Positions 15,301 to 27,090 of a stretch of DNA of 64,000 nt are shown in pieces. The position numbers and the translations under genes were made by a program. The DNA comes from Balanoglossus misakiensis (taxonomy: Eukaryota > Animalia > Hemichordata), in the NCBI GenBank assembly GCA_040954595.2, contig CM082586.2, positions 3,826,349-3,890,348 on the forward strand, in the 5' to 3' direction. Position 1 is the first letter of the stretch. The number at the start of each line of letters is the position of its first letter. Under the pieces are notes generated by a model. The model made no database searches and was not told the DNA's origin. It worked only from the letters and a program-made list of their open reading frames with translations.

Positions 15301-15737
15301 GTGAACCCGTTCCGTGTAACGGTCTACGTACGTGGGCGCCCGTGTAAGTTTCATGCGACGCGCTCTCGTACGTAGGCGCGCGCCCGTGTAAGTTTCATGC
15401 GACGCGCTCGATCTTGGTGACTACCACACGCGAGCATTTGCTTATACTCGGACATTACTTACTCTATCTTCTTGAACCTCTCCATGCCAGCGGCAACGTA
15501 AGAGCTGCCGGTTTCGATCTTTTCCAAGCCATTGACTCGGTGGCCATTGATCGGCGTATAAATGTTTCTAACAGCAGCATTTGCTCGGATCCCGGTCGTC
15601 ACTTGACTGAGGAAAGAGTCAAAGTTTCGGATCTGTTTCTGGTTTACTACAAATTTTCGCCCAGCGTAAAACGTATCCCCATTCCTGTAGACGGTGATGC
15701 TCTTCGCCGTGACAGGTTCTGCGGCCCTGCTCGTCAT
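325..15737 (-). CDS. DCDC2: Doublecortin domain-containing protein 2-like (two DCX domains); 3' end lies beyond the window start
   Basis: Exons in transcription order: 15737-15463, 14989-14935, 3063-2981, 2859-2728, 2167-2021, 1781-1709, 917-716, 548-325. All are GT-AG and phase-compatible. The translation gives DCX1 (VYRNGDTFYAGRKFVVN...NIYTPINGHRV...YVAAGMERFKK), DCX2 (VYRNGDDKNPAVKLLL...TGAVRRLYSIEG...FYVAVG) and the DCDC2-type acidic motif VYKAKEKREET...VDLPIDQVTAEEVDEE. Confidence 0.9.
15327..15409. repeat. Tandem duplication of about 40 bp in DCDC2 intron 1
   Basis: GCGCCCGTGTAAGTTTCATGCGACGCGCTC occurs twice, each copy preceded by CGTACGT. Confidence 0.9.
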
Positions 15738-15931
15738 CTTGTCGGACGATCTCCGTAGACATCAAAATCTTGAAAACCACGATTTATTTACTTCGAAACC
15801 ATAGCCGATGTGTTTTCTGATCCACTGCGTTGGGACTTTGATCTCAAACTCGACGGCAAAATCGAGAGTAGCGCGATGCACCCTGGGACGTGTGTATTGT
15901 TTACGACCCTTTGGTTTGTTACACTGACCAC

Positions 15932-15945
15932 GTTGCCAAGGAGAC
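15932..15945. promoter_or_regulatory. RFX X-box upstream of the DCDC2-like gene
   Basis: GTTGCCAAGGAGAC matches the X-box consensus GTNRCC(N)RGYAAC-like, about 200 bp upstream of the ATG. Vertebrate DCDC2 is a ciliary RFX target. Confidence 0.6.
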
Positions 15946-17537
15946 AACTATTGGCCGCAGGTTAATTTTGTACTAAATATTGATCAATTGATCCATTCAC
16001 CTGTTTTCTGTTTCTGCGCATGTACGGTGCATAGTTCCCGAAGTCAGGAGAATCAAATGGATCGTTTAGGCTTTAATGATCGCGCGTGACACATTCCGAT
16101 GTTTCGAAATCTGTAGCTGTGGCGATGAAGTCACGCGCCCGGCCAAACGCCCCGGGCCACCCGCACACCCATCCCAGAGGATTGCCGCGATTGACGGCCG
16201 CGCGCGTGGCGCAGGGTAAAAAAGTACAGTAAAATAATAACCTGAAGTGTTCAGATGATAGAAGTATAGTATTAGCAATTAAATAAAGAATTATATAAAA
16301 TAATAATAATACAATTATAGTAGCAAAATGTATATATAAATAAGCCTAAGCCCATGATGTAGTGTTTTTTGTCGCACACTGCTTTGTTGTCCGTATAATT
16401 CGACGTCAATAAAACTATTGAAAGCAAAAGTTTTATAGACCGTAATAAGACGCCAGAGAAGGTATGCGGGATTCGATGTAAAGACAGTAGAGGGCAATCG
16501 TGATGCGGTGGCAGCGTGACAGAGTTTCATTTGTAGACTAATGGATGCACAAGCATAGGGGATGCATGACAATGAACGCGTGTAAATTTTACCCAGAAGA
16601 GCGGGTAAACCATTAGAACCTTCTCGCGAATATACAATGTAAAAGTATTCCTTCGCAGTAAAGTACAAAAAGAAAAGTTACGGCTGAAGCGCGTTTCCCA
16701 AGCTCACTTTAATGTGGTAAAAACAAAAGATAATAATATAACCATATTGCGGGCGTACGTCCACCCAGAATGCAACAGGGTCGGTCAGCCAGGGGTCATA
16801 GTTCATCATGGCGGAGAGTACATGTATGTGCACGACATGAGTCCGTGATCGTCGTAACACAACTTTGCATTAATTTCCATACATGCGAAGCTTTTGGGAA
16901 CAGGCAGCAACTCCGCATATGGTGTATTTAAACGGAGGTAAGATTTCATAAATCTCTTTTAGGATAATCCCGACGCATAATGTATTTGGGGATCGGGTCC
17001 CGTAGAATGTCTTATTTGGGACACGAAGCCCCTTACTGACCTCAATCCCAAGGCCTATATAGATTCTTGCAAGATGGGGTCTTATTTCTGTAAACAGCTG
17101 ACAGCACACCCACCCAGACCAGGCCAGGTGCTGTTGCTGTCAGTGGGTTATGCATATATGAGTTGAAATTCGTCGATAAGTAAACGTAACAAACTTTCTT
17201 TGATCAAAAAAGTGAGTGTACCACAGTGTTGGTTACGATCGGTCACTTATAAGACTTGTGCATCATTAAAATATAGGTCAATGACATTACGTCAGTTGTA
17301 AACAGTAAGTATGTTATTTTTGATTTCAGACAGTCAGTGCGATAGCAGCAGATCATGATAACACATTCCTACACTTTTTTGTGATGTGCAAAACTACCTA
17401 AACAGGATGTAGCTGATGTCTGCCAAAGTCGTCTGTGGACTAATTTGTTGCCTGGATATTACATGCATATGTTGTGTGATGCTGAGAATTTCCAGGAGTT
17501 CTGTGTGATGACCTGATGCAGGGGAAGTGTTTCCAGT

Positions 17538-18677
17538 ATGCCAAATTGCGACGGTGTCATGCACAAGGAAGGCAACTGGACCGAGCGGCCAATATGCAAG
17601 TCGGCCGGCAGTGCCGACGTTCATTTCAACCACACGCATGTGGATAACATGCATAAGGCGGTCGCAAATCCCGAGGACTCGTCTCGGGAATTCGAATGCG
17701 GTTGGGCGGCTGCCTTCATTAACATCACCGTGACGTTTCCCATGAACAAAGTGATGTTCCGTCAACAACTTCATGGAATAAGATGTTTCACGGCTCTGAG
17801 ACAACTGCAAAATGAAGGTCTGGTGAACCTATACCGGGGACTTCTTCCCCCACTTTTGCAGAAGACAGCGACAGTGTCGCTGATGTTTGGACTGTATGAT
17901 TACTATTCGAAGGTTATCCACAACCATAATCCAACATTATCGCTTCCAGTATCTCAAGGAATAGCTGCCATGTTAGCAGGTATGTTTGGCAAATGCAGGT
18001 ATATTACCATACCTCAGTGAATCATGTATCTCTATGTTATACTACATACATGCATACATGTACATGTGTGTGTGTATGTATATGTATATATGTGTGTCAA
18101 ATTGATCATCCCTTGGGCCTAAATATATTGTCCTGAATGCATTATTGTTCTGTTGTTGACAGGTACAACAGAGGCAGTGTTGACACCATTTGAGCGTGTG
18201 CAGACCCTCCTTCAAGATCACAGACACATGAAAAACTTCAACAACACAGTCCACGCCTTCAAGGTGTTGCGTCAGTACGGTGTGAGCGAGTATTACCGCG
18301 GACTGACGCCGATTCTGCTGCGCAACGGCCCCAGCAACGTGCTCTTCTTCCAGCTGCGGGGACCGTTCAAGTCGGCGTTGCCAGAGCCCGCCAGTCAGTT
18401 CGGACACGCGGTCAACGACTTCCTGAGCGGCGCCATGCTGGGCGCGCTGCTCGGGACGGCGTTCTACCCGATCAACGTCGTGAAGACGCGGATGCAAGTT
18501 CATCTCGGCGGCACTCATACGTCGACCTGGAAGACGTTTCAGGTGATTTGGAAAGAGCGCGGCCGCAGCGTGCGGCGGATGTTTTACGGAGTCCAGGTCA
18601 ACTTCACCAGGTCGCTGGTTTCCTGGGGCATTATCAATGCATCGTATGAACTCATCAAGAAGAATTTTTTCCCATAA
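17538..18677 (+). CDS. SLC25A51: Mitochondrial carrier SLC25A51/MCART1-like (NAD+ transporter family)
   Basis: Two exons, 17538-17979 and 18163-18677, joined in phase 1. Carrier signature motifs TFPMNKVMFRQQ, LTPFERVQTLLQ and FYPINVVKTRMQ are present, plus the family-typical LYRGLLPPLLQK and SWGIINASYE. Confidence 0.92.
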
Positions 18678-20654
18678 GTTCCAAGAGACTGTAAGATGTA
18701 AATGTCAAAGGTCATCCAGAAACCATTTGAACTATGACCCTGTGTCATGTCAGTGATCCACCATCTCAAGAAATGGTTAATACGCACTGTATAATTCATT
18801 ATTAATCAGACATGAAATTTTCAATGATACAAGCCATATCCAGTGAAATAGCTTCCATCACAGTTAGTTGTACAACTGTCAATGTATCAAATGTAAGTTT
18901 TGGTGTCAGGTCAGCCAATAGTGCCACATAATGCCAAAATAATTAAAGCTGTCTTTCATTTAGAATATATACAGAACATAGACTTAATTACTGTGGTCCA
19001 TCAGCAAAAATGTTTACACTATCATACACATTTAAACCAAAGAACGAACAATGTCTTTCCAATCAAGTTTAATAATCGCGTACTCGCGTAATACCGGTAG
19101 TCTTTAATCGCTATAATGTCAGTATAACTTAGCAGTAGTTTTAGTAGTACATATATGTACAATGTATGTAATGCATGATCTGTGACAGTGAATAATGCCA
19201 TTTTTCTTGTAAATGAAACGTCGCACATATCAGGTGTTGTAGCTGTAAAGGATTGAGAATTGTAAGGTGGTTATAAATGGGGAGGCATGTAGGAACCCCC
19301 ACCCCCACCTCTCTGTTTTCCATGTGACTGTGTTGTCTGTCTTTATCAACCAACCCCAGCTCCTCATCAGATGTTGTTGTCAAGATATTTCATATTTACG
19401 TGAAGCAATACTAATGATATCATGTTTAAATGAAGCCCGAACATTATGTAACATTGAGACTTGTCGTGGTGTGTAAATAAGATGTTATAAATAGTTCAGC
19501 ATTTTTAAAGTTGAAGTTTTAATTGAATGTACTAATTTCTTAACAAACGGATGAAGAACAAAACTGATTTTTGGACAATTTTCCCAAACGGACAAAAGTG
19601 TATTTGGTTATGTTCTGTAATTGGAAAATTCCCACCGGAAGACAAATATTTTGACTATTGTTTACTGACTCCACCTTCAAATTCTCCTCCGCAGCTGGAC
19701 TTAGTTTTATTGTTGAAATTGGATTCACATCTACCACAGTTCTTTCTCTAGAGATCCAACTTTACCTAGAAAACAATTGGTTTGGACTGAAGCATGGTGG
19801 GGAAAGGGTTAAAACAATGGCCACTTTTTTCACCGAACAGTTTGGCAATAATCATGCTGCCATTTCAGCACTGAATTTGTGAACTTTATTGTGCATGCAT
19901 TTCCTTGATAAGGTCAACTCTATCACAATGAACTTTACCAGAAACTTTTGTGCATGTGTTTTAGGTCAGTAGTTTTCTTTTGATGACATTTTCGATTAAA
20001 GGAATATGCAGTGATTAACTTGTAGATACTGTAGTTATAATCACATATGACAAATGTGCCATTTATGTAAATAAATAATCATCCATGATTTTACGGGGAT
20101 AGTCGCAGCTTTGTATGGAAAAATACTTTCACTTTTTTCCTCATTAGTAATCAATGTAATTCAGCAAGTACAACATAGTCATTGGACTCAGAAATGTATT
20201 TGTATTTTTTGGCAAATATTTTGAGTTGAACCATATTTATATTTTGAATGAATTCAGGGAAACGGTGTATTAATGACCGTGACATACTTTGACTCGGTCA
20301 GTTGCGACAACATAAACAAGCTTGGATTTTCAATTTTGATGACCAATACTAATTATGATTCACAGTCTTATTATGCAATATCAATGGCTAACTTTTTCGG
20401 CAGAATGTGATCTTATTGCCTTGTCAAGTGTTAATTGTAAATTCAATTATTGGATGAATTAAAACATTTAAATTTTAATGTTTTAGTGTTTCAATCGGTC
20501 ATCTGTGTGTCAGTTTCGTGTTGCAATGGAAGCGAATGAGTTGTGGCGCCCTCTTTTGGCGATTACTACATTTTCTGTCGGGTAAAAGTCATTTAGATGA
20601 GAAGCCCAGGTGTATATGTACACCTGTCTGCGTACAAATTCGTTTGGAGAATCA

Positions 20655-20802
20655 AACCAATCAGAGTTTGCGTACTAGATACGATTGGAGAATAACCAAT
20701 CAGATGGCGTTTCAGGAGATCGCAGAACCTCGTGATGAAGCACAAGTTTTCTGCTCGGGTCAATTCACATTCAAATTCGGCTATCCTGGTGTCTGTATAA
20801 AT
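20655..20802 (+). promoter_or_regulatory. Pol II promoter-like cluster: three CCAAT boxes and a TATA box
   Basis: AACCAATCAG near 20656 and 20694, ATTGG near 20684, and TATAAAT near 20796, about 155 bp upstream of the CRAL-TRIO ATG. Confidence 0.55.
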
Positions 20803-20954
20803 TCAAGTAGGAACACGCTATAGGCTTCGTTCCAGGTTCTAGCTGTCCGGGATAAATCGAAGTTCTATATCCGAGGTTGAAAGGTTTGTGGGGTTCCAAT
20901 TTCTAGACTACTGAAAGCATTATATTACCAAGTTTGGGAGAGTGGAAAAAAATC

Positions 20955-21183
20955 ATGCCGCAACAAGAAAAACCTTACGTTTGCACCCTAAGCAAGGAAC
21001 TGCAAGAGAAAGCAGCTCGAGAATTGAACGAAACGACCGACTCTAGAGAAAAGTGTTTCCGCGAAATGCGAGAACGGATCAAGACTCGGCCAGACATTCG
21101 ATTTCGGAGCGACGAGGCGTTCCTTCTCCGTTTTCTCCGTGCGCGCAAGTTCGACGTCGACCGAGCCTTCAAGAATCTCGTGC
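20955..21183 (+). pseudogene. CRAL-TRIO N-terminal fragment (TTPA/TTPAL/clavesin-like), truncated
   Basis: YVCTLSKELQEKAARELNE...RSDEAFLLRFLRARKFDVDRAF is the CRAL_TRIO_N signature. Similarity stops after KNLV, there is no strong donor site there, and I found no downstream SEC14 exons. Confidence 0.65.
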
Positions 21184-22032
21184 CAGGAAGTAATAGTAAT
21201 AATAACCCAAACTGTCTTTCATGTCCTTATTTTTCAGCCTGCCGACACGCGATCCGATAAGTGTGTAATTAATTAGCTTTCAAATTACCGGCTGCATAAA
21301 TTGAACTTCCCCAACAATATTAAAAATAGTTTATGTCCTTTAATACCAGGATGTGCCTAATGACATGTTAAAATTATACATTTTTTATCCAACACTAGGT
21401 TTCAAATATAATAATGTTATTCTTCCATATCTGGCAACAAACTGCTAAAATCATAGTTTAATAAACTCAACCGAGGATTTACATCATATTAAACGGAAAG
21501 ATATCCAATATTTATAATCCAATCGAGGGTTTCAAATATTCCATGTCATTAAAAATTTACCAAGGCTACAAGTGTGGTTGCTTTTCGTTTCAAAGTGTCC
21601 CTGTCTTCCTAAAGCACAGGTCAGTAACAGATCAGTTGCAATTAGGCGCAAAATCATCAAACCAGACGAAGCTGAAATTATTAAATCAAATTAAATTTCC
21701 ACATTTGTTACCCGGCTTCAAGCCAATTCAAGGCATACAGTCACCAATGCAGATTCACCCACAGTTAGGAAAGTTGAGATGTAGCCAATCAATTTTTCGA
21801 TAGGTGGCCACGCAAAAAAGTGCGTCATTCGAAGACATAGACACGCACTTTTGACCGTATATAGGCATATGTAAATTATTGGTGATCATATACCTTTAAT
21901 TCCGACGAAAAAGTTTTCCATCTTTTGTCGACCTGGACAGTCCCAAATACGCGTAATTTTCATTTAGACTTAGGTTCGTATTTTGTTATTTTATTTTTCA
22001 CATTTTTCGATGTTATCGTTTTTTGAGTACTT

Positions 22033-23397
22033 TTAGTATACTTTACGGACGATGTAATCTTCTTTGGAGCGTTTTAAAGCGGTCGGTTGGAGGAACGAGT
22101 GTAAAAGGTGATTGGTTGAACTGGTCGCGTCAGAAATCGCAAATCCCGGGTGCAGCATGTGTTTTTGGAGAGGTAATACTTTCACAAGATCTTTCTGTTT
22201 CTGAGCAGGCGCCCTGCTTGTCTTTTCCACGCCGAAGTTTCTGGTGATCGGTTTGTTGACTGTGATGCGGGGAACCGTGGTCTTCTGCCTGATGTTCATC
22301 AAACCGCCGGCCTTGCGAGGTTGATCTGGGACGACGCTGTGGGCGACAGTAGCTGTTTCACTGACGGTGAGGCTTGCTAGCGACAGGACGGCGGTGGTGA
22401 CCCGACTGCCCGATGCGGCCGGCGACGGCGATGAAACATTCTCCACCCGGGGAGAAGAACTTGTGGCGCGCTGGGCACGACTCCCTTCGGCGCCCCGCTC
22501 CATCTGTATCACAAGGGGTAGATATGAATGATAAAAGTTGCCAGGTGCAGATGATTGTGGATCTTTCGTCGACTGAACCAACATCCGATCGGTATACAGG
22601 TTAAAAATTCCGTTTCCAGGCTCCCGCGGCCGTTTCAGGTCCTGCTGCTCGAATAAAGTTTCAGCGAGTTTCTCCATCGCCCGCTGAGCCGGCAGCCTGG
22701 CGTCGGTGTAAGCCATCTTGAGGCGGCCCGCCGCTTGGAAGTGGTTGTTGGGAAACTGTCGGTACACGGGCACACGAACCGAGCCGAACATGGAGCCCCT
22801 GCAGGAGTGCAAAATATTAAGAGACCCGGTCTCGATATCCAGTGTCGGCGTCAGCAGTCTGATTTTGGACTTCGGCACGTTGAGCAGATGGAATGGTATG
22901 GGAGATTTCTTCGGGTGGTCGGCATCGTCGCCGATGTCCGAGTCGTCGTCAGAAAAATCGGACAAATCTCCCCGCTGCGATTTCTTCTTTTTGGACCGGG
23001 CCAACATCCGGTCGATGAACTTTCTGACCGATCTTGGTAGCTGCGTCCTGTCGTCGTCCTTGTTTCTGCTGGCTTTTCTGCGCCGCCGCCGTTTCTTCTT
23101 GGCTCGCTTTCTCGACGCCTGTTCCTCTTCCAGCGCTTTATTCTCCCCCAGCAACTTCAGTTCTTGCAGCTCCTTGGAGATGTCCTCCATCTCTTCCATG
23201 ATGTTGTCCTTTCGCGAAAGCAGCATTTCCTTGGCGGTGACATGGTCGGTTGTCCTGGAGTCTTCGCCAAGGACTGCCGGTGAGCCAGCAACGTCGTTTG
23301 CGGTTCCGTCTTTCGACATGGCCGGAATGTTCGCAACCGAGCCCGCACCAGCGCTTGGCGACGAGTCGTCAGATGTAGTCACGGTTGCAGTCGCCAT
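22033..23397 (-). CDS. Uncharacterised 454-aa protein with a short coiled coil, basic NLS-like tract and acidic patch
   Basis: 1365-nt GC-rich ORF with a strong Kozak context (gccATGg) and an in-frame upstream stop. A candidate 5'UTR intron spans 24143-23478. I recognise no domain. Confidence 0.6.
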   Translation of the reverse strand: MATATVTTSDDSSPSAGAGSVANIPAMSKDGTANDVAGSPAVLGEDSRTTDHVTAKEMLLSRKDNIMEEMEDISKELQELKLLGENKALEEEQASRKRAKKKRRRRRKASRNKDDDRTQLPRSVRKFIDRMLARSKKKKSQRGDLSDFSDDDSDIGDDADHPKKSPIPFHLLNVPKSKIRLLTPTLDIETGSLNILHSCRGSMFGSVRVPVYRQFPNNHFQAAGRLKMAYTDARLPAQRAMEKLAETLFEQQDLKRPREPGNGIFNLYTDRMLVQSTKDPQSSAPGNFYHSYLPLVIQMERGAEGSRAQRATSSSPRVENVSSPSPAASGSRVTTAVLSLASLTVSETATVAHSVVPDQPRKAGGLMNIRQKTTVPRITVNKPITRNFGVEKTSRAPAQKQKDLVKVLPLQKHMLHPGFAISDATSSTNHLLHSFLQPTALKRSKEDYIVRKVY

Positions 23398-23935
23398 GGC
23401 GGAGAAAGATCCCTTCCCAAGTATGTGCCGCCGGTCAAGGCAAGGACAAAGCTAGCCAATCTGTCATACACGCGAACCTGTGGTAAAAATAAAATGCGAA
23501 ACTTCTGTAAAAGTTGCGTTTCGTTCTCCAGAAGCCAGTCACATCATAAACCGTCAGACACACAGAGAGATTCCCATTGCTCTACCTTGTACAAAGGCCA
23601 GTATTACAACACCTGTTAATATAGCTATAACGCATATCTAGCAGCTCAAAAATGTTTCGAGCGAGGCCAGCATCACGCACTATCGACGACGATGGAGAAA
23701 TTTCCTGTTTTTCTTTTTGCTGGGGTAACACGGTTCCCATGACACTCAGAGGCAGCGTCTCCAGGTGCATGAGGTGTGTACTGTGTAGTCCACAAGAGGA
23801 AATCGAACTCAATTATTGATCGTACCCTCGCATTGCATATTTATGACCAAATAATTCAAAACGAAGGCAAATCATTATTCTGTGCGTGCGCTGTGGGCAA
23901 GGTCACAAACATCTATAACTCTCTTAAAAAAATTC

Positions 23936-24138
<203 letters not shown>

Positions 24139-27090
24139 CGTACCTGTTTCAGTTTTGCTGGACTTTATGTGGCGTGCACTTCTCCGTAGATTGTGTTTTT
24201 TTCCTCTTTCTAGTATGCTTAAAATGATGACGTGAAAAAAAGAAGTGAGCGTCGAGAATGAGCAGTTTTGTGCGAACGTGAAATTTTCGCCGATTGCTGT
24301 AGGTCCCTCTCCCAGACACTGGACGAAAAATGTGGTGTGAAGAATGTTTGTGGACTGGAAAATTCGTGCATAATGTTTGGGAAGAGGTGCTCTCTGGTGA
24401 TTTGCTGGCCCAAGACGAACAGCTGAAGCCTCACCTTCGTGAACGAATAGGAACCGTTAGGTTATCGTTGTTTAGGCAACGATTCGTAGCAACGGCGCCT
24501 GCATGCATGCATGGCTGTTTCTCCCGGTCGCCGGGGATGTCCACGATGCATACTTCTCAACGCCAAGCAATCTCGCGATGAAATTCCATTGCCATTCTGC
24601 ACAGCATAGTGTTCAGTTTACGCACGGTGCGTAGATCCTCTTCCGGGAGTTTAGACTTCAATTTCCCTCCACAGGTCGCAATGAACAGGAACCGATATCG
24701 CAACACACAGTACATTAAAACACTGCAACATAGTTCCTAGAATTGGCTCTCTGATTTCGAATCCAGAAACTGTCCACGTTTTTGTCTATTTGATGATTAA
24801 ATGTAAGTTGTCAGTGATATCGCACAGTTTAGACTAACACACTGGTTGCCTTAGTGACTGGTAAGTTTCTTCGATCGGGGAGGGGGGGGGGTAAGTGATG
24901 GGGGAGGCCAATTTGACGAAATTCGTTTAGTTCATTATGACATGTATTGGCATAGGCTTTGGGCAAGTATATGCAAAATGCGACCTTGTCCGTGGAATTT
25001 TATATGATATTACCCCGGGTACCCTTTATGGACACAGTCATCATGAGAGTATTGTACTGTGATAATGGAAGACTGCAATCTTTTTTCCAAGCTGCAAATG
25101 ACAAATAGAATCGATGTCTAGCAGTAAATATTAATTTGTTCGTCTGTGCGTAGCAATCAAGATGTCAGTCCTCCCATCGCGAAGGGCAGGTGCTTCAGTC
25201 CAGTTGTCCCGCACAGGAAATACAGTATGCTTTCCAAGGGAAGCTACTGGCCACTTCGTTGCTACAGCAACACGCCCATCATGTTTGCTTCATAACATTG
25301 CATGATGTTATAACTGACGCTGAACCGAAAAACGGTGACCAGCGTTTTCATATGGTTAGACTGGAGTGACTCCATTTTCGGACATCTCAGTACAGTACAG
25401 TATCCATATACTGTACCAGTACATTATATATGTATTTACCATAGATACGATGCCTTCATTAAAGGCATGCTGTATGTAGGCGTATAGGTCTTTGTTTGGT
25501 TGCTTGTTACTGACATTCTTTCAGCATTTCTGTTGTCGTGTGTCGTCTGTCCATGTGTTCTGTTTGTGTTGATATTTTGTTGAAGACTCTGGGAGATTTG
25601 ATCGTTGGCTGATTTTTTTCCCAGGACGACTGATAATTTGCCCTCGTATATGCAGTCCACATGTACAGAGGGTGGCACACGCAAAAAAAAGTGAGCCATC
25701 CAACGGTCAGTCGAAGACAAAAAGCACTTTTGACTTTTACATGTATGTGTAAAATTATTTATTCAGACACAATATAGGCCGTCGGCCTTTGCGTATACAA
25801 AATAACACGTCACTTGAAATCTTCAGAGGACACAAAAATATAAGAATTACTCGAGTTACATGTCAAGGCCCAGATTCGGTTCATACTTCAGAAAAAAAAT
25901 TTCGTGGCATTTATTGGTACATGAATATATAAATAAGGGTGATTGTATATAACTTAAAAGGGATTCTACTTAGGGTTCATCTTTCCTCGAGTCTCAAACA
26001 CTCCCCGTATTTTCATAAACAAACTGGCCCACCCAGAAAAAAACCCGGTTTTTTCCAGAATGTATTTTTGCGTACGTTCGGGATGTGTGTTCCACAAATA
26101 CATGGAAACATCCGATAACATTTCAATAAATTTCCGAAATCCACGCGGTTTACCGGGCTCTTATGGTATTCCCTGCAGGAAGGGCAGTTAGTGAGGCCCG
26201 TAGCGAATACATTCATGTCTCGGAAGTAAGATCGTTGGACTTCTTCAGAACCGAATAACACACTGGAAAAAAATATGTTTACAAGTTGGTTGCATGAAAG
26301 AAGAAAATAAGTTGAGGATATAATAAGGTTATAACTTCTTTAGATTGTTTTTGCTTTTGTAGTGTCGCAGTCAGCACAAGTTATACAACATAATACCAGA
26401 TTTACACTGGGAAAATTAGAAACGTTTCAGAGACACCGGCCCTTTGTAAACACAGAGAATCAATCGTTTGGGTCGCCTTGTGTCCAAACACACCGTGACA
26501 CAAAGTTTAAGCAAAGACCCTGACGCTCGGCCCCATAGAAAATGTGTTGCAGAGAGTTGTTAATCCTTTACACTGGCTCAGGTCTGGCCGGGAAAGCCGT
26601 CTCAAATCTAAAAGGTTTCAGGACCATTTAAACCGTTCACACATAATAATTTACGCCAGTATTTGATCTGAGACGTTTTTGATCATGTTACTAAGCGGGC
26701 AACAAGAGGGGGAATGTTGGTCCTTCGAAAGTTATAATACGACGGGGCGGTATAGACAGAATTCTTTCTACACATGGATTAAATGTATCTATTTGAAAAT
26801 AACATGTGTGGTATGACTGGTATCCATAGCACCGGTTGTGTCATGGACATGGTCTTCACGGAAATGGTCGTATACCTAACAACAGCGAGCATAAAAATAG
26901 CCGTCCCGCTATTGCCATGACACCAGCCTGACTTAGGACGGCTGGGAGCATGTCAGAAATTCCTTCCTCCAATTATGGCTTCGATTGCTGAAACGAACAG
27001 CGCCCGTTGATTAGTTCATTCGTAAGATGAGATGGAATACATTTATCGATCTCACGTATAGGAAAAATTGAGATGCTCGTACTAAGCTCT

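Noticed and set aside
22718-23455. 245-aa plus-strand ORF
   Set aside because: It is the antisense shadow of the 454-aa ORF, with the Ser/Phe-rich composition typical of reverse-complemented Lys/Glu/Asp codons.
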